A program made the translations under genes and the position numbers. From positions 53,072,001 to 53,136,000 of the forward strand of contig JAGIQG010000013.1 of assembly GCA_024679065.1 (NCBI GenBank): a stretch of 64,000 nt of DNA. The letters are read 5' to 3'. Below are positions 26,616-38,870 of the stretch, one piece after another; positions within the stretch are counted from its first letter, which is position 1, and each line of letters starts with the position of its first letter. Under the pieces are notes generated by a model that saw nothing but the letters and a program-made list of their open reading frames with translations, was not told the origin of the DNA and made no database searches. The stretch is from Sphyrna mokarran (Eukaryota).

Positions 26616-27964
26616 CCCATTATGGGTGCATTTTTTTGAGTGCTATTTCATCTGCACCTAATATACTTAATAAACCTCTTCAGGTTAAGATTATTCCAGA
26701 CAGAATGATACTCTACCATGGAAGTTACTGCATCACAAAACAGCTATATGAGGCTTCCAGCACTAAATTTTTAATGCTTAGCATACTTGGAGCAGAAGCA
26801 TCAAGCAGAGATCAGGTATATTTATACAGAAACACAAGTGGCTGGTCAAGAATTAGCTCTCATCCATTTTCTAGCACATTCTACTGACTCATGCAGTGAA
26901 TTGCAATAACATTAGATGTCTAGGTGAAGGAGCTCACCTTCTGCTACCCTCTTGGCTACTTTGACAAAGGGAAAATTGGGTGGGGTTAATTCTATGAATC
27001 ACTGTACTATTCAATGTGCCATAAATTATTTTAGTATATTCAAAAATATTGTACCATAATTTCATTAGCATTTGTGCAATTCGTACTGGGGTTCCATTTT
27101 CAAACTAAGATTTATTTTGGACTATTCAATTCGCTATCAGGAATATAACACTTTCTTGTTAAATAGCAGTTTAAATACCCATTTCTTTATTAATAGTTTT
27201 GGCAAGCTAACAAAATCACAGGAATGTGTCATTTTGAAATGTGCACTTGCTGATCATGTTCACAGGAAGGGAAAAAGGTAATCATACTACACCTGCAATA
27301 ATGATCCTTGAACACATCTCAAGTTGCTAATGAGCCACTTAACAAGTATAAATGACAAAACGATTGTTCATGCTGATATGGAGCGTGCAATATTGGTGTG
27401 AAGTGGCTCACCACATTTGCAAAGCATATTTTAACCACGTGCTACTCTGTGCACATGGACTAAAATGATTGCTTTATAGATGTACATTGCAACTATACCG
27501 GTTAATTTAATTGATTCGACATCAAGTCATTTAAGGAGATCAGACTAGACTTTGGATGAGGTGCTGGATCCAGAAACAATCGGTAATTTAAAATAAATCC
27601 TTTGTCATTGCCCCCAGCCCCTCACCCCAGACTCAATGAATATTGAACATTAATGAAAGTTCCATTGCCAACAGTGTTAAAAATATATCTGCCAGGAGCA
27701 TATCTGAAATGCACGTGAACAAACATCAGTGCTGCTGAAGCCACTGAGTGAGCATCTCCCATGATTGAACAAATTACCTTGAACAATTAATCCTTACATT
27801 AAGAAGCATGCTGTGTGTTGAAAACTTGGATAATGGAAGGATTCACTACAATATATTCTGAATTGACCGTTATCACATTTGGGACTTCTGATTAAAATAA
27901 ATTACAATCTCAGTTTATTCGGCTGCATTCGCAGAATGTCACTGATGACGAAAATAGACAAGAG

Positions 27965-28240
27965 CATCAGAAGTAGCACTGAGAGACACTCCAGAGATCC
28001 AAACTCTCGACTGGATCTAACATTTCAGTGCAGTTAAGAGGGAGTACTGCCCTGTTGCAAATGCCATGTTCTGGCTGAGATGTTAAATTGTTAAGAGGTT
28101 CCTCAGCACTATTTCAAAGAAAACCAGAGGAGTTAGGTCAACGGTTATCCTTCAGCCAAATATGGATGAAGAAACTGGCTGCAAAATATGGTTACATTGT
28201 GCCTGCAATTTTGAGGCTGAAATGCCAATATTTGTCCATA
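27965..28240 (+). mobile_element. DeuSINE (SacSINE1-like), decayed
   Basis: cagtgcagttaagagggagtactgc...tgagatgttaaa...gcactatttcaaagaa. Confidence 0.65.
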
Positions 28241-28589
28241 ATTGACGATACACCAGTGCTGGACCAGATGGCAGTTATTGGATACTTGAGAAAAAAAAGA
28301 AATGAACAAGAATAGGATTACATTGATGAAAAGTAGAAAGACAGAGATACTTGCTTAAAGCATCTGCAGCTGGTATATCAAAAGGTGTTATGAGACAAAG
28401 GGGAAGTAAGATGTGAGAAAGTGCATGAGATAAAATGTTCAATCACTGTCAATGGTTTCAGCCAAACAGCTGACAGTGGCAGCGTCAATGATTTCCAGCA
28501 CTATCACCTCCTTGGAATTGAGCATAGGCACACATCAACTAAGCATTCACTTTTCAGAAAAGCAGATTGAACAGAACAGACCTCCAACA

Positions 28590-28826
28590 TTAGATCACTG
28601 TCCTGATTAAATGCAATGTGCTGTGCTGGGTCTCCTTCTTGTGATGCTCCTTTATCTTCATCCAATTCTTCGTCACCTGATGATACACATTCTTGATGCT
28701 GTGCCTCCTACAAATCTAATCATCCTTACATTGATACGTTATGCAGAATGCAGCAAACTATTGTGATGTAGCCCATTTTACCTGGGTCACATTAGAGGGA
28801 TCCCGTTGTATCAAGAATTTCCAAAC
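28590..28826 (-). mobile_element. PIF/Harbinger transposase C-terminal relic (HARBI1-like)
   Basis: Manual translation LDTTGSL*CDPGKMGYITIVCCILHNVSM*G followed by an acidic tract (SSGDEELDEDK). Fits the Harbinger DDE transposase end (LDxSGGxLQYxPxKVxxIIxxCCILHN). Contains stops. Confidence 0.8.
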
Positions 28827-30972
28827 TGTGTGTCATGGCCCCTAGTGGAGTGATGAGATGAGCAATTGGAATTGCAAGTTGAGACTCAGTTTTAACAGTC
28901 GTGTTATTGATTTCTTGGCCTCCTGAAACATTCATTTCTTTTTGCCTGTAGGCATGGCCAAATCCAATGAGTTCTGAGGCCTACTTGTTAATACCAACAG
29001 AGACTACAAAATATTAAGTGCCTTAGTTTATTTTATAATGCTTTGTATCCCTACTGTTCGAAAATCACCCCACTCAAAACTTTCCTTTGCCTCCCAATTT
29101 TGATTATGGGGTTGCACCAAGCAAAAAGCGTAGGAATGGGGTACCAGAAGATGATTGGGGAAGCACTGCCTGAGATTGTTCAAGGCACCTATTTCCCAAC
29201 TTGAGTTGCCAGTCTTGATAGCAAAATTCTGAGATGTTAAATGTCAAGGGAACAGCCTCAGAATGGACATACAAAAGTAGAGTTTTTAAAATATGGTGGC
29301 AGAGGCTTATTTGATTGGTTGTCCAGAATAGGTGACAGCGAATTAATGGTTCATTTTGCACTCTGCTCAGATTTCTTTTTCATTGACTCCAATGGAAAAA
29401 AAAATTGGCTTAACTACAAAATTCATTATTCCCCAAGATAAATTTTCTGTTGAGATATTTAAAAACTGTGCTCAAGACAAATTTATACCCCTCTGTCCCT
29501 TTGTATATATTAATGGCAGATAATTTTCAGTAATGCTCTGTTAATCCTTTATCTAATTAGCTCATGTTTCAATGTTGATCCCAATTACATGCACTCTATT
29601 TTATTCTTCTTATCCCCCCATAATATTTCATATTATTGCAGTCAGATGTAAACAATCAGAGCAGCTTCCAAATGGGCAATGTAATCAAAATTTCAACTAA
29701 ACTACAGCAGTAGCTACTATGAATATTGACTGACTTGTTTTATGGTTCTAATACAACATATTTCATTTGAATATTTCTTGGAGGAAATCATTATTTTGGA
29801 ATGAAAATACCATTACTATATCACACATGCTGTCATCCTTTAGGCTGTTACTCAAAAGTAATCATAATAGTCAACTATGCTTAGTTATGTTGTGAACAGG
29901 ATAATTTATGAGTTCTGGAAGAGTCAAGGATTTAAACTTCCATTCAAATCCCATTTCTGTATTGTTATAACTGTCGTTTCTTTTCTTGGGTACATTGTTG
30001 CATTGCAATCTCTCTCATCTCCCTGTTCAGAAGAAACGTAAGGACCCTTTATGAAAGTTGCACAACCAATTTCTGATAAATTAAATGGTTACCATGACAA
30101 CAAAATATGCACACTGCCTACCAGGAAAGCAGAACACAAATTGAAGCAAATCGTAGACAACAAAATGCAAGTTTAGAGCATGTAGAAACTTTCATGAAAG
30201 TATTAATGGATATTTAAATGTATTTCTTAATCATAGTTACACATACCAAACCTGAGTCATGAGCCAGGCATGCAACCCTCACCTTGGCCTCTGCTAAGAT
30301 CACTTCGCAGCCGTTAGGAAACATATAAAAACAGCCCACAACAATTTGTCCTCACTTCATTCTCACCTGTGGGAAAAGCACCTAACCCTTGTTTAGTATC
30401 TCCACAGATTAAATCAGAACACCAGCATGTGGACAAAATAGTAATCAATTCATCTTTTAAGGGGGTAATAAAAACTCTGCTGCTGCTCAGAGATCTGTGA
30501 ATATGGAAATACTTTCGATGTCTCTTTGATTCTCTGTCTGGCAGTCCCTTGAAATGAGGAGGAAATCCTGTGCTAAGAACCTGCATATAGATTCTTTCAA
30601 GATACAGAAGCTGTTGCGCCACAAACTGATCAGGAGGCTCTCCCTCTCCTACCACCTGACGCAAGTTTATTGAAAGATTTCACTTGATCACATTATTAAT
30701 GCACTATATGTGGCCATCAAGTCCTGGAGTGGAGAGCTTCAGGCTCAGAGGCAGGAATGCTACCCACAGTGCAACAAAATCTCCTCCTGTTTCCTTGACT
30801 ATGTATGTAACATTTCAGTGTTTCAAATTATCAAAGTAGTGATAAACTGTGGACACCGCATGACAACTTAGAGCATCCAGACTCTCGGCATTCAAAGGGT
30901 TAAGCATAAGCAGAATGACTACTCTTGAAGCATATTTAACAGGTATTTTAGGTCAAGTTTTCAAATCATCAC

Positions 30973-31154
30973 CTGCTGGGAGAAATGCTGCTTCTGCAGC
31001 ATCTCTCTTTGTTCTTCCTGAGTGACCTTTGGCTGTCGTGGCAGGGTTTCAACCTCCTGGATGGCTTCAATGGTTACTTGCTGGGGCAGAACCTGGAAGA
31101 GCGACGTGATGTACATAATGATGGACTTCTTGTCTGGGTGTGCAGTTGCGATGT
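30973..31154 (-). CDS. dmd: Dystrophin exon 8 (end of CH2 actin-binding domain, start of hinge 1)
   Basis: tctttttacag|AC...CAGCAG|gtgatg. 182 nt, same as human. Translates (D)[60 protein letters not shown]. Confidence 0.98.
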
Positions 31155-33294
31155 CTGTAAAAAGAATTGTGTATTTTTTAAAAAAAGGTTTGTTGACTTG
31201 CACTCTTAATGTAGGGAGATACAAGCTGTTGCACAGCGAGAATCAACCAATCAACCCATCAGGAAGTAGACAGCCTAATGAACAAGGCAATTCTAGATGC
31301 ACGTCCTCCAGAGACTAATTAGGGCAATGTGAGATATCTCTACATTTCAAACCATCAGGCTTGCATACAAATGAAGATAGTACATAATTTCACGATGGTT
31401 ATTATTTTCTTTCTTCAGGCAAAGCCAATTCTGTCACTGCTCTTAGAAAAAAAGCTGGCTGCTGACATTTCATATTTCACTGATTGTTATTATAAACAGA
31501 CCTCATAGAAACAATTTGCCACATACTGAACTGCCAAATCCTTTGAAGTTTAAAGTGGTAACATGGACATGGGTTCAACATAACAATTGCACCACAACAC
31601 AAACAATTGAGAATAAATGTTTCTGAAAGCATTCCTGAACCAATGGGATATTTAAAAATATACATAAAATAGAGGCATCATTAGCTTAATATTCTGCTCA
31701 TTATGTTTCTTTTCACAACAAATAAATGAATGTAATTCCATTTCTGTGCTGTTTTGTGAATGAGTCTCATGTTGCCTGGTTCCAACAGTGAATCTCAAAA
31801 GTGGATTTCAGGCCTTGTTGTTCTTGAAAATAAGATTTCTTTTAAAATCAACATCGCCCTCCCACACCCCAGCTACCACTCTTTTTGACATCACCCACCC
31901 CATTTCCCAGGGTGTACTTCTGAGCGCTTGGACAATCTATTCTTTGTGCGCTAGTGATTATTCTTGATTGAGCCACAACAGTAATTCTCAGCAGCATGTT
32001 CGACCACAGGGTACCGTATTCAAGATCGATGCTGCATATGCCACTGGTCAGCAATCAAGACTTTCCCATCCAAAACCTGGGACCCAGGCATCAGTTGTAG
32101 CACATAATATTGCTTTGCTGAGATCTGCAGGCCAGATGATCAACACTGATACTCTCTGAGCATTAAAAAGCTTAAAATATGTTTCTCACCTCCTGTCATA
32201 TCCCAACATTTTTTAAATATAGAAATGTCTCTTACATTCTATATAATTGAAACTGGAGAATTCATTTTCTGTAATTGTTCATATTTCCTTATATCTGACT
32301 CATTGTTTTGGTAATAAATATGAACAATCATAGCAGTTTTTGAAATTAATGTGAAAGGAAAAGATTTTGTTTCAACCAAACAAGTCTCTAACTTTCATGG
32401 TCTTTGATTGCCTGACAGTAAGAACATAATCTAATATCAATGACATTGGAGGCAACAAACTCCAGATAAGGTTTGTTGAGTGAAACTGACTGTAACTACA
32501 GTCCATGGCTTTGAATATGCAATGTTCATAGGCAGGTGAACTTGGGCACAATGTGCTTTTAGGAATGCTTATGGATTTCCAAGGCAGAACATCAAAGTCA
32601 CAGGTGAAAATACATGGGCTGCATGTGCAGAATGACTTGCACTTGCAGAGTTGCATTCAAGTCACCTCTCCAACATCTGAGCATTTGCAGCTGCCCCATT
32701 TGTCTACTTTGCAGTGATTGTTTTGACTGAGAATGGTGACCCTTCTACTTCTCTTACAAAGTGACACCAGGATCTAGGGCTTAAATGATGGTAATGCTTG
32801 AAATCTCAATCAACAAAAGATCATCAAATTGTGCAGATATAACAATGTCACCTGCTGATGGGCTCAACATGCAAGACAGCAGAGCAATTCTCTTCTGAGC
32901 TGGAACTTCCGATGTGGCAGATCTGTATCATGCTCACAGGCAAAGGTACATTTGTATCATGACAGCACCATGTTTTTCCCTCTAAATCCTAGAAGTATCT
33001 TCAGCAGAACATGCTATGTTTTTAATCAGAAGGATGATCCAAAAATTCAGAAGCTAAACATTACAGAATATTATGTTAAAAGCTGGAGATGTGGTTCTAG
33101 TACACAAACTTTATTGATAATAGATCGGCCGGTGCAAAAAAAATTATGAAAAGTTATTGCATTTTTAAAAAAGCTCATCTGTCAATGTCTTATAATAAAT
33201 ACAAGTCTGAATAAACTCAAGTAATTATTTCAGGAAATAACTGACCTCAAAACAAACCACTGCAAGTGCATAGTTTGTTTATGCAGTCTTAATA

Positions 33295-33612
33295 AGCAGC
33301 ATGGTGGCACAATGGTGAGCACTGCTGCCTCAGCACCAGGGACGCAGGTTCAATTCTGGTTTTGGGTGACTGTATCAAGTTTGCATGTTCTTCCCATGTC
33401 TGGGTGGGTTTTTCCAGATTTTCCAGTTTCCTCCCACGCTCCAAAGATGTGCAGGTTAGGTGGATTGGCCATTCTAAAATTGCCTCTCAGTATCAGGGAA
33501 TTAGCTCGGTTAAATATATGGGGTTATGAGGATAGGGCTTGGGTAGATTTATTGTAGGTAGGATGCACAAAATGGCCTCCTCCTGTACTGTAGAGATTCT
33601 ATGATTCCATGA
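33295..33612 (+). mobile_element. HE1 SINE, full length
   Basis: gcagcatggtggcacaatggt head, V domain, tail ctgtagagattctatgattc. Confidence 0.9.
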
Positions 33613-34371
33613 CCAATGTACTGTTGCATATTAAACCACTGCAAAATGCTAAAGGACAAAAATAAATACCTATTTATATATTTAATTATTTCCAGCAGTT
33701 TATGTTTCAAAGCTAGAGCTATTTGTTTAATTTCCAGCAATTTACTAAAAAAAAAGAAACAGAATTACATGACTTGCATTTAAGAGACAGTGACCCAACA
33801 AGGTCTTCAGGAAAATTCCTTAATATTCCCAGTGAAACCCAATTATAAACTTAATCATCCTTAAATGTAGTAATAAATTAGAATATCTATTCAAAAACCC
33901 TCTAGGGTTACAGATAAACATATGGTCACCATCTTAGATTTTCAGCAGTGTTTTACAGCATAACCACATCTTTAAACGCAGGAAAGTGTGTTACAGATTG
34001 AAAGTTTTCTCAATTCTATTCCATTACTGGAGCTAGGTTCCAAGATGTTCCCTGACAACGGAACTGCTAATGGACTCCACTGTATGGCTCTAAGGCACAC
34101 AGACCACAAAGATACAAACTTAACCTCCGATTTGTGGAAATAAATCTGACAAGGCAGGAAAAGAAACGTTCACTGATTTCACTCCCTCAGTAGGAAAATA
34201 AAACTCCACTCCTGGGAAATTGTTTTGGGTGGAATTTAATGATCACATTATGGTTTTATAATAATTCACTGTTGATTAGCCTATTGTAATTTGGGAGGGG
34301 GATGTGGCGTATGCATTGAAAAGGATGGCGACATGAGGGACTTTTCAGCCAATAAAAAAAAGTGAGCAGGT

Positions 34372-35031
34372 TGTTAGCGCGAGTGGGGAGAACAACCACT
34401 ACGGACCCAAGGTATAGTTCAATAACGGCACAGCTTTATTTTCTTTTACGTCGACGGAGGTGCAGTCAGGACATACAATCGAACTGTCCTGAAAGCACTC
34501 TAAAGACCTGCCACAATGGGCTACAGTTACACTTGAATTTTGGGGTATTGCATGATTCAAATGCCAATGCTTTATTTACAGTATTCGACTTTGGCCATCC
34601 TGTCTCAATGTTTTCAAATATTGGGATGATTGGTTTAAGTATGCGTTAATCGTTTTTGTCTGATTGGTTATTAGTGGTCTAGAATCTCCAGGGTTTGAAC
34701 AATAGGTGTCTGATTCTCCTCAGGACGTTCGAGGGGCCAGGGATGTTTCTTTAATTATGCTAATCTTTAGGTGTCTCCACAGAGGGTCATTTGACTAAGT
34801 TAGAAGTGCTGATTTGGTGAGGTGGGAATGTGTTTTTTAATTTAGTTCCTGTTGGTGCCATCCTGTTCAACTTTCCTTATGCGCTAACCTTCATTTGCAC
34901 TCTAAAAGCATGCTCTTGCCTGCTATTCTGTGTCTGTTCCTTTGTGACCTTTAGTGGGGAGGCTCTGAGTGTAATTTTAGTCTGCTTCCGTCTTGTGTGC
35001 CCAATTTCATAAAATTTGTTGAGCGATAACA
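34372..35031 (-). mobile_element. Solo LTR, 660 bp (ERV1-like or Gypsy)
   Basis: Ends TGTTAGCGC...GCGATAACA (8/9 inverted match). Exact 4-bp TSD AGGT (34368-34371, 35032-35035). AATAAA on the minus strand at 34435-34440. CpGs retained. Confidence 0.85.
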
Positions 35032-36018
35032 AGGTCAATAGCTCCACTGAAGCTCAAGGTACATTTCAAGCAGGCTTGTAAGAAGGCAGACAATCTGCCC
35101 ACCTGAAAACAAGAAAGGCTATTTAAATAACCAGGTGATTTAAATGTTCAGGAATAAATGGTATCGAGTGGTACTGATTGGTCCTTTTTTGGTCCTCATG
35201 TAGGCTCCTAAGAAAAGAAATAGTCCAAGAAACTTGCATTTTATTTTGGCATGCACAGGACTAACTGGAATTCCCTTTCCAGGCACTCAAAAAATTTACT
35301 GGCCTGCTGAGCTCCATTGAGGGCCACTTGAGATTCTCTGTCTACCCATTCCTCACAATCCACCAATCTTTCTCCCCTTAAATATTCAATCATCTCAAAA
35401 GCAGTAAGCTGAAGCGAATGCCCACTTGGCGCCCACAGTTTACCAGCAGTAAGTAAATGAGTCCCTGACCTCAAAATTAGTTTGAGTGTCATGACTGCAC
35501 ACACAATCCACCGGCAGATTTAATTCAGTTTGGACATGATTTAAAATTTACATTCTTCAGCCTTTCAACTCAAATATCAACAGTGGACACTTAGGTAAAG
35601 AACTAGCTGGCTGCCATCGTTAGTAAAAGGATATGAGAATGAGAAAAAAAGGATAGTTTGAAATTAACAAGCAACCAAATCATAGCCAATTTCACTTCAC
35701 TAACACTCAATCCTAGGACTCTTACAACAGAAGTTGCCAAATGTGTGTTTTTCGAACAGGTACCGGATAAGGCAATACATGGCCAATCATTCTAATCTAT
35801 TCACCAGTCAATGATGGGCAGCTGATGCACTTGCATTTATTTAAGTCTTGACTTTATTTCTGTTAAGTCAGAAAGAAGTCCAATAAAGTATAGAAAGATA
35901 ACTCAGTGTATGGAGTGCACATCCAGCTGAACATGACAATGTCAAAATATCCTGAACAACTGCAAGAAGTGTTGTCAGCTGGGGCAGCTTGAGTTCCTAG
36001 TTTCAGAGCTTAGTTTTC

Positions 36019-36303
36019 AAGTTTATTTATTAGTGTCTCATGTAGGCTTATATTAATGCTGCAATGAAGTTACTGTGAAAATCACCTAGTTGCCACACTC
36101 TGTTGCCTGTTCGGATACACCGAGGGAGAATTTAGCATGTATCTAACAAGCACGTTTTTGGACTGAGAAGAAAACAAAGCACCGAGGAAACCCATGTAGA
36201 TACGTGGATAACGTGCAGACTCCACACAGACAATGACCCAAAGCCAGGAATCAAACTAAGTCTCTAGCACGGTGAGGTAGCAGCGCTAACTATGGTGCCA
36301 CCT
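36019..36303 (-). mobile_element. HE1-type V-SINE with alternative 3' tail
   Basis: HE1 head and V domain, but the tail reads aagtttatttattagtgtc...gcaatgaagttactgtgaaaatc on the plus strand. Confidence 0.85.
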
Positions 36304-37159
36304 GTTTATTTATGTCACTTAAGCAGCAGCTGGCAAAACTGTAGTGCATTCATAAGGCTGAGAACTTTGTGTAAAGCATATTTCAAGAGGCGATCACCTC
36401 ACAGCTTAAGAAAATGACTGGTTGGCTACCAAGCAGTGGAGAAGGAATAGGCAGGTACTGCAGATGTTCGTTGAATAAATCTCATTCACCAACCAGCGTC
36501 CAGTTAAAAATACTGGTGAAAATGATGGCTGCTCAGAAAAGTGCCAGAGCGAACTCCAAGGGACAATGGGTCATAGATCTATATCTAGGGTGAGGGTGGA
36601 AGGTGCGGTGGGGCAGCAAAATAATGAGAACATAGTTGCAATAGCATTTGTTACAATTAGGAAAACAGACAACCATTCCTGTGGTCACAGATGTAAATCC
36701 AGAATGATATCCTGGCTCCCTAGTTTTGTGATCAGGAATTTGCTGAATGTTGCAGGTCACTTTGAGCAGGGAAGGTGGTTAGTGGGGTGTTGTGAACAGC
36801 CTGAGGTGCTGATCCATTTTGGCACCAATAGAACAGGAAAGGTTAAGGTCATATTTGATCAGGTCTTCAAAACCTTAAAAGGGTTTGATAGAGTAAATAG
36901 GATAAAAGTGGTTCAAATGGCAGATAAGTCAATATTCAGAGGACACAAATTTAAGTTATTGAACTATTTCCTTCTATGGTGTATTGTTTTATAATTCTAA
37001 ACCTTATTGTTGTTTTTAAGATTCTCTATCAACAAAAATAGTACAGTTTAATTACTGGTCACAAGTAAGGCTTACTTTAACACTGCAATGAAGTTACTGT
37101 GAAATTCCCCTAGTCGCCACAGTCTTGAATCAAATGATACGTGACTACAGACTTTTGTA

Positions 37160-37485
37160 TCTTTTTCTCAACAGAAGAAGGTGGAAGTGAGAATGCCCGG
37201 AGTGCGTGGAATCCTTAATTATGCTGGCCATTTTGCTGTGGGAGTGGGAAGTGTAGACCGAGGCAATGGATGGGAGGATGGTTTGTGTGATGTATTGGGT
37301 TACATTCATGATCTTTCATAATTTCTTGCAATTTTGAGCAGAGCAGGGCCCATACCAAGCTGTGATATAGCCAGAAAGAATTCTTTCTAAAGTGCATCTG
37401 TAAAAGTCTTGGCTGCCATACCAAATTCCTTGGTCTTCTGAAAAAGTAGAGGCATTGATGGGTTTTCTTAATTATAGTGTCAGCA

Positions 37486-37539
<54 letters not shown>

Positions 37540-37760
37540 GTGTGTGGGGGGGGGGGGGGGGGGGGGGGGGTGTGAACCAGGGCAGGTTGTTGGTGATCTG
37601 GACACCTAAAAACTTGAAGCTGTTGACCCTTTCTACTTCACCCCCGTTGATGTAGACCGGGGTGTGTTTTCCTCTATGCGTCCTGAAGTTGATGACAATC
37701 TTCTTCATTTTGTTAACATGGAGAAATTATTGTTGTTGCACCATTTCACCAGATTGTCTA
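37160..37760 (-). mobile_element. Rex1/Babar LINE RT fragment
   Basis: KIVINFRTHRGKHTPVYINGGEVERVNSFKFLGVQITNNLPW is a Rex1-type RT C-terminal motif. Confidence 0.8.
37488..37570. repeat. Compound (TG)~25 plus G25 repeat
   Basis: Read directly from the sequence. G run at 37546-37570. Confidence 0.95.
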
Positions 37761-38299
37761 TAACTTGTGCAAGAGCGGTCAGGCTTGCTAGAAAAAAAAA
37801 CCCATTCTGCTCCATGTTGACTACTTGACAAGCTCCCTGAAGAGCTTATGAGACATTTAATTGGCTTCAGCACCTTTCCCACTCCCTTTCACCCACATCT
37901 CATTTGCAAATCTGAAACTGTTCTAGAAATGTTGGGGCCCCAGCACAACCTCGGCAATTAGTGCCTACCAGCAATCTGGCCTTCTGTCTGAAATTTCCCT
38001 AACAATTTATTATGTCCGTACTTATGACATCTGCAGGCATAACATTTACAATTTATAAAGGAATTTGTATTGGTAAAAACATTAGCAGAAAAAGTGCATA
38101 CAAACATTTGAATTTTAAAACAGAAAAACCTTAGGCATTGGCACCAGTTGCCATTTTTACGCAATTGTCTTTATTTTTGAAATGGTCATTGCAAGTGCTG
38201 TGCACGTTATAGTGGGAGGCAATCTATTCTACTAACATGGAGAGGGAATATAGTACAATTGCTGCTATTTGGAGTGGTGAGGGGGCATGAGGTGGTATT

Positions 38300-38870
38300 T
38301 CATGAGCAGAGACACATGAGATACATGTTCACAAATCTTTGAATGTGGCAGACAAGTTGATAATTTGGATACATGGCTTTGTAAACAGGGGCACTGGGTC
38401 ATTCTAAACATTTGCAAATAACTGATATGTGCGCGTATACTGTATACATTTACTGTATACTGTATACACGAGTACTGTATACATTTGTGGGTGGCACATT
38501 AGGAAGCATGTCCAGGGCTTGGTGAGGTTACAGCCAGGGTTAGCAGAATGACACTAGTGTTGAGGAAACCTCAGGCATGTGGAGAGATTGGAGAAGCTGG
38601 CACTGTTCTTCTTCCAGTCGAGAGGATTAGCAGGACAATTTGAGATGTTCAACATTCTGATGGAGGAAACAATTTCCTTTGGCATGTGGGTCAGCAGCCA
38701 AAGGTCATAGATTTAAAATAATTGGCAAAAGAGCTGGTTGGGAAATTAGGAGTTTTTTTTTCTACAGGAGAAAAAGTAATGCATGAAAGCAGATTCTACA
38801 GGAATATTTAAAAGGGAGTTGAACATGTATTACAAGGGACTAATTTGCAAAGTTATGTGAAATATTTTAG
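38300..38870 (+). mobile_element. CR1 3' portion, heavily decayed
   Basis: gagagattggagaagctgg...ggtcatagatttaaaataattggcaaaag motifs. Confidence 0.65.

Noticed and set aside
4356-31154. Assignment to utrophin or DRP2
   Set aside because: Exon 8 ([22 protein letters not shown]) and exon 9 (KSYAYTQAAYV) are dystrophin-type, and DRP2 lacks this region.
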